Both the position numbers and the translations under genes were made by a program. A DNA stretch of 64,000 bases, taken from Planctomycetota bacterium. GTDB lineage: Bacteria > Planctomycetota > SZUA-567 > H5-PLA8. Positions within the stretch are counted from its first letter, which is position 1; every line of letters begins with the position of its first letter. Positions 47,677 through 57,075 of this stretch are shown here, piece after piece. The notes under the pieces are model-generated. The model saw only the letters and a list, made by a program, of their open reading frames with translations, did no database searches and was not told where the DNA came from. The stretch spans positions 1 to 64,000 of the forward strand of contig BTVV01000023.1 of the NCBI GenBank assembly GCA_045863855.1. Direction: 5' to 3'.

Positions 47677-48963
47677 ATGGGTTTGGGTTTCCTGAGACGC
47701 CTCTTCGGCGGGGGATCGGACGAGGCATCGCGGCCTCCGAAGCCCAAGCGCAAGCCATTCGCGCGCAAGCCGACCACGGTGCGCGGCGCGCACCGGGCGG
47801 CGCCGACGAATCTGCCCATTCCGGCCACCGGCAAGCCCTACGCCTTCCCGCTCTTTGCACCAGACTCGTTGAAGGAACCCCGAGCTTGTTTTCTGGACGG
47901 CCGCGTGGGAGAGAAGCACGAGCGCCAGAGCAGATGGAACCTCCCGCGGCTCGAGACGCCCGATAACCTCGCGAAGCTGTGCGGTGTGCCGCTCAAGACG
48001 CTGGCGTGGCTGTGCGATTACCATCGCCGCAACGCCGACGAGAAGATCAAGAAGAAGCAACACTACCATTATGTCTGGAAGCAGAAGAAGGCCGGCGGCT
48101 GGCGCCTGATCGAAGCGCCCAAGCCGCTCTTGAAGCACTGCCAGCAGCGCGTGCTGCGCGAGATTCTGGACCGCGTCCCGCCGCACGGAGCTGCGCATGC
48201 GTTTCGCGCGGGCCGGTCGATCAAGACCAACGCCGCCGCTCACGCGGGGAAGTACGCGATCGTGAAAGCCGATCTTTCGCACTTCTTTCCCAGCATCCGC
48301 TTCAAGCGCGTGGTCTCGGTCTTCCGCGGGCTGGGCTACAACGTCGAAATCTCGAAGTGGCTGGCGCGGCTGTGCACGAACCGGCTGCCGCCGGGCCTGA
48401 GCATCCCGGGCACTAACAACACTTGGGCGCTGTATTCCATCGTGGGTAACACCTCCACGCTTTTGGGCCGGCACGTGCCGCAAGGCGCGCCGACGTCCCC
48501 GGCGCTCGCGAACCTCTGCGCCTGGGCCATGGACGTGCGGCTGAGCGGTCTGGCGAAGAAGTTCGGCGCGGTCTACACGCGCTATTCCGACGACCTGACC
48601 TTCAGCGGCTCCGCCGAACTGATGGGCAAGCGGCGGATCAACTACTTCGTCCGCTACGTGCGCGGCATCGTGCGCAACGAACGCTTCAAGTGGCATCCGA
48701 AGAAAGTCCGCGTGGTCCGCCGCGGCTCGCGGCAGGTCGTGACCGGCCTTACGGTGAACGAGAAGCCCAACGTCGGCCGGGCGGAGTTCGAGACGCTGAA
48801 GGCGATCCTGCACAACTGCGTGAAGCAGGGACCGGCCTCTCAGAACCGTTCCGGACACGCGGATTTCCGGGCGTACCTGTCGGGCAAGCTCGCGTTCGTA
48901 AAAAGCGTGAATCCTCAGAAGGCCGCGCGGTTGGAGCGGGACTTCGCGAAGATCAAGTGGTAG
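47677..48963 (+). CDS. Retron-type reverse transcriptase
   Basis: KKAGGWRLIEAP, AHAF, NAAAH (retron region X NAxxH), DLSHFFPSI, PQGAPTSPALAN, YTRYSDDLTFSG and QVVTGLTVN (region Y VTG). Confidence 0.95.
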   Translation: MGLGFLRRLFGGGSDEASRPPKPKRKPFARKPTTVRGAHRAAPTNLPIPATGKPYAFPLFAPDSLKEPRACFLDGRVGEKHERQSRWNLPRLETPDNLAKLCGVPLKTLAWLCDYHRRNADEKIKKKQHYHYVWKQKKAGGWRLIEAPKPLLKHCQQRVLREILDRVPPHGAAHAFRAGRSIKTNAAAHAGKYAIVKADLSHFFPSIRFKRVVSVFRGLGYNVEISKWLARLCTNRLPPGLSIPGTNNTWALYSIVGNTSTLLGRHVPQGAPTSPALANLCAWAMDVRLSGLAKKFGAVYTRYSDDLTFSGSAELMGKRRINYFVRYVRGIVRNERFKWHPKKVRVVRRGSRQVVTGLTVNEKPNVGRAEFETLKAILHNCVKQGPASQNRSGHADFRAYLSGKLAFVKSVNPQKAARLERDFAKIKW

Positions 48964-48989
48964 CGCGCGGAGCCTTTCGCGGCCTTGGC

Positions 48990-49018
48990 TTGTCTGCCGC
49001 GATGGCGGCGCGCATAAT
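48990..49018 (+). promoter_or_regulatory. Sigma70-like promoter for the nucleotidase gene
   Basis: TTGTCT-N17-CATAAT between the RT stop and the GTG start at 49048. Confidence 0.5.
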
Positions 49019-49047
49019 GTTTGCCGCTACAAGCCGAGGAACGCCGC

Positions 49048-50034
49048 GTGAGCCAGCCTTTCGACCAGGAGTGGGATGTCGCCGTAGCCGCGGTGCGCCA
49101 AGCCGCGGCGCTGTGCCGGGACGTGCAGCGCGAATTGAAGGGCGCGGTGCTGGAAAAAGACGACAAGAGCCCCGTGACGATCGCGGACTTCGGCAGCCAG
49201 GCGCTGATCTGCCGCGCGCTCCAGGAAGCGTTCCCGTCCGATCCGGTGATCGGCGAGGAAGACGCGGCGGCGCTGCGCGAAGCGGGCCAGTCGAAGCTGC
49301 TGGCACGAGTGGCCGAACACGTGAGCCGCCACGCACCCGGCGCATCGGCCGAACGCGCCTGCGCGTGGATCGACCGCGGCGGCGCTCAGACGTTCAGCTC
49401 GCGCTTCTGGACGCTCGATCCCATCGACGGGACCAAGGGATTTCTGCGCGGCGAACAGTACGCGGTGGCGCTGGCGCTGCTGGTGGACGGTCAAGTGACG
49501 GTGGCGGCGGTGGCGTGCCCGAATCTGCCTCCTCAGGCCGGCCCCGAAACGGGCGAAGGGGTGATTTTTTCGGCGGTGCGCGGACGCGGCGCGTGGACGG
49601 AACCGCTTTCCGGCGGCCCGCGCGGCGCGATTCGCGCTCGAACTTCGAGCGATGCGGCGCAGGCGCGCTACTGCGAGTCCGTCGAATCGCGGCACAGTTC
49701 GCAGAGCGACGCGGCGCGCGTGGCGGAAGCGCTGGGCATCGTGCTCCCGCCGCGGCGGCTGGACAGCATGGCCAAGTACGCGCTCGTTGCGCGTGGCGAA
49801 GCCGACCTGTACATGCGCCTGCCCACCGGCGCGAAGTACCAGGAAAAGATCTGGGACCACGCCGCGGGGGCGCTGGTGGCGACGGAAGCCGGCGCGACGG
49901 TGAGCGACATCGAGGGCAAGCCGCTCGATTTCACGCACGGGCGCGAGTTGCTTAAGAACCGCGGCATTCTGACAACCAACGGCCCGCTGCACCGGCGGGC
50001 GTTGGACGCGATTCGCAATCTCCCCCGGGCCTGA
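49048..50034 (+). CDS. 3'(2'),5'-bisphosphate nucleotidase (HAL2/CysQ-like, inositol monophosphatase superfamily)
   Basis: KDDKSPVTIADFGSQ, GEED, WTLDPIDGTKGFLRGEQYAV, DSMAKY and EKIWDHAAG; RBS gagga. Confidence 0.93.
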   Translation: MSQPFDQEWDVAVAAVRQAAALCRDVQRELKGAVLEKDDKSPVTIADFGSQALICRALQEAFPSDPVIGEEDAAALREAGQSKLLARVAEHVSRHAPGASAERACAWIDRGGAQTFSSRFWTLDPIDGTKGFLRGEQYAVALALLVDGQVTVAAVACPNLPPQAGPETGEGVIFSAVRGRGAWTEPLSGGPRGAIRARTSSDAAQARYCESVESRHSSQSDAARVAEALGIVLPPRRLDSMAKYALVARGEADLYMRLPTGAKYQEKIWDHAAGALVATEAGATVSDIEGKPLDFTHGRELLKNRGILTTNGPLHRRALDAIRNLPRA

Positions 50035-50071
50035 ATGCTGGCCGGGACGAGCGGTGTACAAGGAGCCTGAC

Positions 50072-50962
50072 ATGAAGATCGAAAAGATCGCCGACTACGC
50101 ATGCAACACGGGCGAAGGCTGCATCTGGCACCCGCTCGAAAAGGCCGTGTACTGGACCGATATCCCGGCGGGAAAATTCTTCCGCTACGATCCGAAGACG
50201 AACACCCACAAGCAGGTCTACGAAGGCCGCCAAGTGGCGGCGTTCACCATCCAGGCCGACGGGAGCATGCTCCTTTTTCAGGACAAAGGCACGGTATCGC
50301 TCTGGAAGGATGGGAAGATCGCCAAGACGATCGTCGAAGACATTCCGCTGGAGCGCGATACGCGATTCAACGACGTCTGCGCCTGCCCCGAAGGGCGCGT
50401 CTACTGCGGAACGATGCCGGTGCGAACGCCGGAGAAAGTAATCCTCCGCGACGCCAAGCTGTACCGCCTCGACCGCGACGCTTCGATCCATCAGGTTCTG
50501 GCGGGGATTCACAATTCCAACGGGAGCGGCTTTTCGCCCGACCAGAAAACCTTCTTCTACACCGACACGGGCATGGGGATTATCTACCGCTTCGATTACG
50601 ACCGCGCTTCCGGCGAACTGACGCGGCAACGGAACTTCACGATGGTGCCGCCCGCGCCGGCCAGCGAAGGCAAGCCCGATGGCATGACGGTGGATGCCGA
50701 AGGGAATGTATGGGGCGCGCGATGGGGCGGCGGTTGCGTCGTCTGCTACGGACCCGACGGCGTCGAGAAGTTCCGCGTCAAACTTCCCACGCCGCATACG
50801 AGTTGCCCGTGCTTCGGCGGCGAAAATCTGGATGAACTCTACGTCACCACCGCGGGCGGGCACGAGCGCGATAAGCTAGGCCCCGACGCAGGCGCTCTTT
50901 TCCGCATCACCGGCCTGAACGCGAAGGGCAAACCGGAACACTTCTCACGCGTAGGAATCTAA
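50072..50962 (+). CDS. SMP-30/gluconolactonase/LRE family protein
   Basis: GEGCIW, YWTDI, RFND, SNGSGFSPD, PDGMTVDAEG and FGGENLDELYVT. Confidence 0.93.
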   Translation: MKIEKIADYACNTGEGCIWHPLEKAVYWTDIPAGKFFRYDPKTNTHKQVYEGRQVAAFTIQADGSMLLFQDKGTVSLWKDGKIAKTIVEDIPLERDTRFNDVCACPEGRVYCGTMPVRTPEKVILRDAKLYRLDRDASIHQVLAGIHNSNGSGFSPDQKTFFYTDTGMGIIYRFDYDRASGELTRQRNFTMVPPAPASEGKPDGMTVDAEGNVWGARWGGGCVVCYGPDGVEKFRVKLPTPHTSCPCFGGENLDELYVTTAGGHERDKLGPDAGALFRITGLNAKGKPEHFSRVGI

Positions 50963-50991
50963 CGAGCATTCAAACGCATCGGTTGCTTTCC

Positions 50992-51025
50992 AAGCCGTCG
51001 CGGGGCCTCCTCGCGGCGGCTTTTT
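50992..51025 (+). terminator. Rho-independent terminator
   Basis: aagccgtcgcgggg-cct-cctcgcggcggc followed by ttttt. Confidence 0.7.
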
Positions 51026-51146
51026 CGTCGGCCGCGAGAAACCTGCGACGATTGCTTTCAAAGCTGATGATATTGAGCCACTAGGGGTGTAATTAACAGC
51101 GGTAAGTAAGACTTGAAATTCGCAAATAGCGGTAAGGAGCATTGCC

Positions 51147-53834
51147 ATGGATGGTTACATAAAGTCCTGGAAACGAGTCGTTGTAAAAAGCCTCCTTTGG
51201 GGAGTCTTGTTTCTGAGCGCTACCCACGTGCGGGCCGAACATATTTGGGTCGAAGGCGAGAAGCCGACGAAGAGCACCTTCTTAAAGCACAGCTGGTACG
51301 ACGGGGTCTTGAAAGATCGCCTTTCGGGCGCCAATTGGCTCAGCCACTACGGCAAAGAGCCGGGGGAGGCCTCCTATACTCTCGACGTCAAGGAAGGCGG
51401 CGACTACACGCTCTGGGTGCGCTGCAACAACCTTCAGGTGACCCAACACTACAAGTTCGACGGCGGCGAATGGAAAGACTGCGAGTTGACGAAGGATCCG
51501 CGCGAAACGTCGATGATCTCGCCGAAGCCCGATCATCGCACGATCGGGTGGCACTCGCTGGGAGCGCATAAGCTCGAAAAGGGCGCGCATACCCTGGCCT
51601 TCCGGCTGTCGAGCAAGCTCCAGAACCACGGCGGGATCGATTGCTTCGTGCTCTCGAACGTGCCCTTCACCCCTTCGGGCACGATCCAGCCGGGTGCGGC
51701 CGCGAAGGAAGGCGCGCCGGATGAGTGGTTCCCGTTCCTGCCCACGCAAGATCCGTTCAGCGCCGATTCGGTCATCGACATGCGCAAGCTCTGGCACGCG
51801 CCGGCCGGCAAGTTCGGCTTTGTGAAGCGTGAGGGCGCGAACCTGATGATCGACGGGAAGCCGGTGAAGTTCTGGGGCTGCGGCGCGAACGTACAGGAAG
51901 ACAAGCCGCGCGAGACGCAGTCGGCTTGGGCGAAGTATCTCGCCAAGTACGGCGTGAACATCGTCCGCCAGCACTCGGTCCAGGCCCACGTCGGCGTGCT
52001 GGTCAAGAACGAGAAGGGCGAACGGGTCCTCGATGCGGCCAAGCTGGAGCAATACGACTGGTGGTTCGCCGAACTGAAAAAGCAGGGCATCTACACCGCA
52101 TGGTCGGTCTTCTATCCGCACTTAGTTTCCGCCGACGACGGTTACGACCTCTTCGACGACTTGCCGGCCGGGAAACGCGACAAGAGCGGCGAACTGCGCA
52201 GCAGCAGCGGCGTAGTGGCGATCGAAGAAGGCTTGCAGCAGTCGGAGTGGACGTATCTCAAGACCCTGTTGGAACACAAGAACCCCCACACGGGGCTGCG
52301 CTACGTGGACGACCCGGCGCTGGCGATCGTCGAAATCCACAACGAAGACAGCGTCTTCTGGCACAGTCCGCTCAACACGCTGGAAAGCGGGAAAGGCTAC
52401 CCGAAGATCGCCGCGCGGCTGAAGCAGCGCTGGGCGGCGTGGCTGAAGGCGCGCTACGGCACCGACGAGAAACTCAAAGCCGCCTGGGGCGAAGGATTCA
52501 GGGAAGGCGACGGCGTCGACAGCCCGGCGATGGGCATCTACGGTGCGTGGGAGATGACCGCCGAAGGACCGAAGCGCAACGCGAAGGAAACGCAGCGCAT
52601 GGGCGACTTCATCCGCTTCCTGGCCGAACAGCAGCGCAGCTACTACGAACGCCGCGAAAAGCAGCTCCGAGAACTGGGCTTCAAGGGCGTCACGATCACC
52701 ACGGCGTGGAAGGCCGGCGGACCGGCAGCCGATCCGGCGAACCTGTGGTGCGACGACGCGATGGATATGGTCAACCGGCATAACTACTTCGGGGGCGGAG
52801 AAGGCGGGCACAACATCGCCCCCGGCAAGGTCAACGCCGCGACGCATATGGGCAGCCCCGGCGGCGGACTCCTCTCCACGAGCCTCTACCAGATCGAGGA
52901 TAAGCCCTTCAGCACCACCGAATGGACCAGCAAGCCGCCGAATCCCTGGAAGGCCGAGGCCGCGCCGCTCTTCGCGCTGTACGGTTTGGGTCTGCAAGGT
53001 TGGGATGCGAGTTTCCACTTCCTCTCGTCGCGCCCGCATCTGAGCGGCGGCTGGCCGAGCCTTTCCAGCTACGTAACGGACACGCCACACTACGCCGGAC
53101 AGTTTCCGGCGCTGGCCTTCGCGCTGCATAAGAAGCACATCCAGGAAGCCCCGATCGCCGCCGCGCGCAGGCTCGATCCGGAGCAGATCTTCAAAGGCGT
53201 CGATGCGCTTAGCCAGGATTTGACCGGAGGAACGGACGAGAAGGACGTGCAGGGAAACCTCGCCACGCCAGCCGAGGTGCTCGCGATCGGGCGCGTCACC
53301 GTCAAGTTCGGGAAGGACCTGAAGAGCGAGAAGGCCGAATGGACCAAGTACTGGGATCGGGAGAAGAAGATCGTCACGAGCCTGACCGGCGAACTGGTCT
53401 GGGACTACGGGCATCGCTTCGTCGCCGTCCGCGCGCCGAAGACGCAAGGGCTGATCGGCTTCGCCGGCGGGCGCACGCACGATCTGCCCGGCGCGACGGT
53501 GGAACTCAAGACGCCATTTGTCAGCTTGCTCCTGACCGCGCTGGACGACCAGCCGCTGGAACAATCGAAGCAGATCCTGATCACCGCGCTGGCGCAAGAT
53601 AAACAGACCGGGGCCGAGTACAGCCCCGATTACACGCAGCTCAAGCAGACCGGGAGCCCGCCGCTCCTGCTGGAGCCCGTGCAAGCCACGATCACGCTGA
53701 AAGGCGCGCCGCCCAAGGAAGTGAATGTGGTGGACATGTACGGCGACCGGACCGGCAAGCAGGCGCCGGTGAGCGGAAACGCCATCACCATCGACGGGCG
53801 GTTCAAGACGTACTACTACGAGGTTAAACGCTGA
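51147..53834 (+). CDS. Exported glycoside hydrolase (clan GH-A-like) with N-terminal CBM-like domain
   Basis: Signal peptide; WVEGE...YTLWVR...GAHTL...DCFVL; GVNIVRQH, NPHTGLRYVDDPALAIVEIHNEDS and KPFSTTEW; RBS aaggag. Confidence 0.75.
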   Translation: MDGYIKSWKRVVVKSLLWGVLFLSATHVRAEHIWVEGEKPTKSTFLKHSWYDGVLKDRLSGANWLSHYGKEPGEASYTLDVKEGGDYTLWVRCNNLQVTQHYKFDGGEWKDCELTKDPRETSMISPKPDHRTIGWHSLGAHKLEKGAHTLAFRLSSKLQNHGGIDCFVLSNVPFTPSGTIQPGAAAKEGAPDEWFPFLPTQDPFSADSVIDMRKLWHAPAGKFGFVKREGANLMIDGKPVKFWGCGANVQEDKPRETQSAWAKYLAKYGVNIVRQHSVQAHVGVLVKNEKGERVLDAAKLEQYDWWFAELKKQGIYTAWSVFYPHLVSADDGYDLFDDLPAGKRDKSGELRSSSGVVAIEEGLQQSEWTYLKTLLEHKNPHTGLRYVDDPALAIVEIHNEDSVFWHSPLNTLESGKGYPKIAARLKQRWAAWLKARYGTDEKLKAAWGEGFREGDGVDSPAMGIYGAWEMTAEGPKRNAKETQRMGDFIRFLAEQQRSYYERREKQLRELGFKGVTITTAWKAGGPAADPANLWCDDAMDMVNRHNYFGGGEGGHNIAPGKVNAATHMGSPGGGLLSTSLYQIEDKPFSTTEWTSKPPNPWKAEAAPLFALYGLGLQGWDASFHFLSSRPHLSGGWPSLSSYVTDTPHYAGQFPALAFALHKKHIQEAPIAAARRLDPEQIFKGVDALSQDLTGGTDEKDVQGNLATPAEVLAIGRVTVKFGKDLKSEKAEWTKYWDREKKIVTSLTGELVWDYGHRFVAVRAPKTQGLIGFAGGRTHDLPGATVELKTPFVSLLLTALDDQPLEQSKQILITALAQDKQTGAEYSPDYTQLKQTGSPPLLLEPVQATITLKGAPPKEVNVVDMYGDRTGKQAPVSGNAITIDGRFKTYYYEVKR

Positions 53835-53855
53835 GTCGGATGTGGCGGCGAGGAA

Positions 53856-54341
53856 TTACTCGGCCGTAACCGGCTTCACGATCGCCGCGCGTACTTCGTC
53901 CTTGGCGCGATCGGGCTTGCGCATCTTCGAGGCCGGCTTGAGCGCCGGCTTCGAAGCAGGCTTGGCCAGGGTCTTAGCTGGCGGAAGGTCGGCTTTCTCG
54001 GCCGGGCTGGACGTACCGTTGGTGCGCTTGTACCGCGCTTCCAGATACAGGTTGTACGCCGCGACGAAGACCGGGAAGACGTTGCTCCAGATTCCTACGC
54101 TGTCCTGCTTGGGGCTGAAAAGAAAGTACGAGCAGAGCATCAAGCTGCCCGACATGCGGCTCAACCAGAACCACTTGCTGATCACCGGCCGGCCCGCCGC
54201 GCGGCTCTGCAATAGCTGAATCAGCCAACTGCCCGCGAACAGGATGATCCCGACGTATCCGAACAACTTCCAAGCGGTGAGCACGAAATTGAACGGATAG
54301 CCCAGAAACTCACCGTGCGCACTGAAAATCGGTGTGTCCAT
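53856..54341 (-). CDS. Lipid-A-disaccharide synthase N-terminal (LAB_N)-type membrane protein
   Basis: WKLFGYVG..LF..SW..Q...S...GRPV....FW..RMSGSLM...YF; RBS gaggtg. Confidence 0.8.
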   Translation of the reverse strand: MDTPIFSAHGEFLGYPFNFVLTAWKLFGYVGIILFAGSWLIQLLQSRAAGRPVISKWFWLSRMSGSLMLCSYFLFSPKQDSVGIWSNVFPVFVAAYNLYLEARYKRTNGTSSPAEKADLPPAKTLAKPASKPALKPASKMRKPDRAKDEVRAAIVKPVTAE

Positions 54342-54380
54342 TTAAGCCACCTCTCCGCACGTGAGCATGAAACCGCGATT

Positions 54381-55124
54381 CTACAGTTCTTTAGACCGAT
54401 AAAGCAAGTATCTCGTTTGCATCCAGCGCACAGCGCGGGCATCGCGCAGGGCCCTGAACGTGCGACCTAAACCTTGTCCGTACTTGGGTTTGCCCATGGT
54501 GCGTGGCCGGTGATTCACATCCACCTCCACCACTGTACCGCCTTCCATCCGGATCAGGGTCGTGAAAAACCGATGCATTCCGTTGTACAGCTTGACCCGC
54601 TTAAGCACCTCGGCCTTGAAGAGCTTGAGGCTGCAGCCGGTATCGCGAATGGGGTCTTTGGTGATCCAGATGCGTACCGCATTGGCGATCTTCGAACTGA
54701 TTTTGCGCAACCAATTGTCCTGCCGATTCGCGCGCCGGCCGGCCACGCAGGTGGGCTGGCCCGGGCCTTCGTACAGGGCCAGCATCTTCGCGATGTCCGC
54801 AGGATCGTTCTGCAGGTCGGCGTCGATCAGGGCAATGACTTCCCCATGAGCGGCTTGTATGCCCGCCGCGAAGGCAGCCGACTGCCCGTGATTCCCTTCC
54901 AGCCCCACCACCCGCAAGCACGGATACTTCTTTTTTAACTCGATCATCAGTTCGCGGCAGCCGTCCGTCGAGCCGTCGTCGGCGCAGACAATCTCGAAGG
55001 GTTTGCCGAGCTTCTTCAGTTCCCGATCGGCTTCGGCGATGAATTCTTCGATGCACTCCCGCTCGTTGTAAACGGGGGCCACGAGGCTCAAATAGGGAGC
55101 TTTTGAGGCAGACGGGTCGGGCAT
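54381..55124 (-). CDS. GT2 polyprenol-phosphate glycosyltransferase (DPM1/ArnC-like)
   Basis: PVYNE, DDGSTD, NHGQSAA, DADLQNDP, DTGCSLK, GMHRF and VNHRPR. Confidence 0.92.
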   Translation of the reverse strand: MPDPSASKAPYLSLVAPVYNERECIEEFIAEADRELKKLGKPFEIVCADDGSTDGCRELMIELKKKYPCLRVVGLEGNHGQSAAFAAGIQAAHGEVIALIDADLQNDPADIAKMLALYEGPGQPTCVAGRRANRQDNWLRKISSKIANAVRIWITKDPIRDTGCSLKLFKAEVLKRVKLYNGMHRFFTTLIRMEGGTVVEVDVNHRPRTMGKPKYGQGLGRTFRALRDARAVRWMQTRYLLYRSKEL

Positions 55125-55497
55125 CGAACGGTTCCTGCTAGGGGCCTGGGGATGCCTTGGGTATCGGCCAAGCCCCACATCGGCGTCATCGATTCACATG
55201 TGCATGCCGACCGACAAGACGCCAGCCCTAGGATCGAGCTTCATACCGGTCGCTGCAGACGCTTCGTTCTTACCACCTAACACCTTTAATTCAAATTAGT
55301 TATGAGTTTTCTGGCGACCCGGCCCAAAATTGCACGCGTGCAATAAATCCGGAAACCTCAACGCCTTCCAAGGACACTCATGCTTTGCAGCGCACCCTTG
55401 AGGTGGTAGCATACGCCGGGTTCGATATTAAGGTCTCTGGAGGTCGGTGGCTGTCGCGCCGGACGGTGAGTTCCCTAAGGCGTGGCTGTTTTGGACA

Positions 55498-57051
55498 ATG
55501 GACGTAAGCATAGGTTTTATCGCGGCGGCGGCCCTCCTCCTTTTGGCCAATGCCTTATTCGTAGCCGCCGAGTTCGCGCTCGTCGGCCTGCGACGGACCA
55601 AGATCGAGCAGATGATCGACGAGGGCAGCAAGGGCGCCCTGGCGGTCAAGGCGATCTTGGCACACCTCGACGCCTACCTTTCCACCTGTCAGGTCGGGAT
55701 CACCTTGGCCAGTTTGGGCCTGGGCTGGATCGGCGAAGACACGTTCGCCAAGATCTTCGAATGGATCTTCACGCTCGTAGGCTTCGAAGCCGGCATCGCG
55801 ACCCTGAGTTCCCATGTCGTGGCGGTCGTATTGGCCTTCGGCATGGTCACGTTTCTGCATGTGGTCATCGGCGAGATGATGCCCAAGACGCTCGCGTTGC
55901 AGTTCCCCGAGGTCCTCGCGCTGTACATCGCCTGGCCGATGCGCTTCTTTCACCGCTTGTTCTTCCCGGTCACGTGGCTGCTCAATGCCAGTTCGTTGGG
56001 GCTGATCAAGCTCATGGGCCTGAAGCCCCCGCACGGGCATTCGCGCGTGCACAGCGAAGAAGAGCTGTCCATGATCCTGGCCGAATCCCGCGGCGCCGGC
56101 GTCCTGACCGATCAGGAACATGCGATGCTGGAGCGCGTCTTCCGCTTCCACGACAAGACCGTCCGCGAAATCATGATCCCGCGCCCCGATATCGTCGCCC
56201 TCGAATTGCATTCGACGCAGACCGAGGTCGTGGAAGTCGCGCATAAGTCCGGCTACAGCCGCCTGCCCGTCTACGACGGCGAACTCGACGAGATCGTCGG
56301 CATCGTGTACGTGAAGGATCTGATCTACTCGCTGCACCATCCGCAGCTCATTAAGCTGCCCGACTTGCTCCGCCCGGTCCTGGAGTTCCCCGAAACCAGC
56401 AACCTGGGACACGTGCTGCGCGAATTCCAGCGCCGCCGCATCCACCTCGGCGTCGTCGTCGACGAGTTCGGAGCGACCACCGGGCTGGTGACGCTGGAAG
56501 ATATCGTCGAAGAGATCGTCGGCGAGATTCAGGACGAGACCGACCAGGAACCCGCCGAAGTGGAGGAACTGGCCGGCGGCGTGTACCTCGTCGAATGCAA
56601 AGCGTCGGTCGAGCGCCTGGAAGATCTGTTCCCCGATATCGAATGGCCCGAAGGCGATTTCGATACGGTGGGCGGGCTGGTGCTGCATCTGGCCGGCAAG
56701 CTGCCGCGCGAAGGCGATACGTTCCGTGTGGGGCAGGTGATCATCCGCGTGGTCAAGCGCGAAGGCCGGCGCGTGCGCAAGGTCAGCCTGCGCCGCGTCC
56801 CGCCGGGCAAGACGCAGCACTTCAAACCCCTGACCGAGGCCGCCGTGCAGGCCGCCGAAGACCGCGTCAAGACTCCGCCGCCTATCCACACCGTCGCGGC
56901 GGAAGACGATCCCATCCAGCCGGCGGTCTACAAACCCGAATCGGCGGACGATCTGCCGCCCGTGGACGATGCGCCCGGACCCGCCTCCGAAGGCGACGGC
57001 TCGTCCGCCGACGACCCCGCCGAAGTCCCGGCGCAGCACAGGCAGGCGTAA
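55498..57051 (+). CDS. Hemolysin family / CNNM-CBS-CorC transporter-like protein
   Basis: NALFVAAEFALV, CQVGITLASLGLGW, GEMMPK, YSRLPVY, VVDEFG..TGLVTLED and DTVGG; acidic low-complexity tail. Confidence 0.93.
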   Translation: MDVSIGFIAAAALLLLANALFVAAEFALVGLRRTKIEQMIDEGSKGALAVKAILAHLDAYLSTCQVGITLASLGLGWIGEDTFAKIFEWIFTLVGFEAGIATLSSHVVAVVLAFGMVTFLHVVIGEMMPKTLALQFPEVLALYIAWPMRFFHRLFFPVTWLLNASSLGLIKLMGLKPPHGHSRVHSEEELSMILAESRGAGVLTDQEHAMLERVFRFHDKTVREIMIPRPDIVALELHSTQTEVVEVAHKSGYSRLPVYDGELDEIVGIVYVKDLIYSLHHPQLIKLPDLLRPVLEFPETSNLGHVLREFQRRRIHLGVVVDEFGATTGLVTLEDIVEEIVGEIQDETDQEPAEVEELAGGVYLVECKASVERLEDLFPDIEWPEGDFDTVGGLVLHLAGKLPREGDTFRVGQVIIRVVKREGRRVRKVSLRRVPPGKTQHFKPLTEAAVQAAEDRVKTPPPIHTVAAEDDPIQPAVYKPESADDLPPVDDAPGPASEGDGSSADDPAEVPAQHRQA

Positions 57052-57075
57052 ACCCGCTCGATCGCTTTCAACCTC

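Noticed and set aside
47455..48858. 467-aa antisense ORF as a hidden retron effector
   Set aside because: It shadows the RT on the opposite strand, has no recognisable motifs, and such ORFs are common in GC-rich DNA.
47677..48963. Group II intron, DGR or CRISPR-associated RT
   Set aside because: It has retron NAxxH and VTG motifs. No maturase/endonuclease region, intron domain V, TR/VR pair with adenine-specific differences, or Cas1 was seen.
55311..55344. Sigma54 promoter
   Set aside because: GG-to-GC spacing is 9 nt rather than the required 10.
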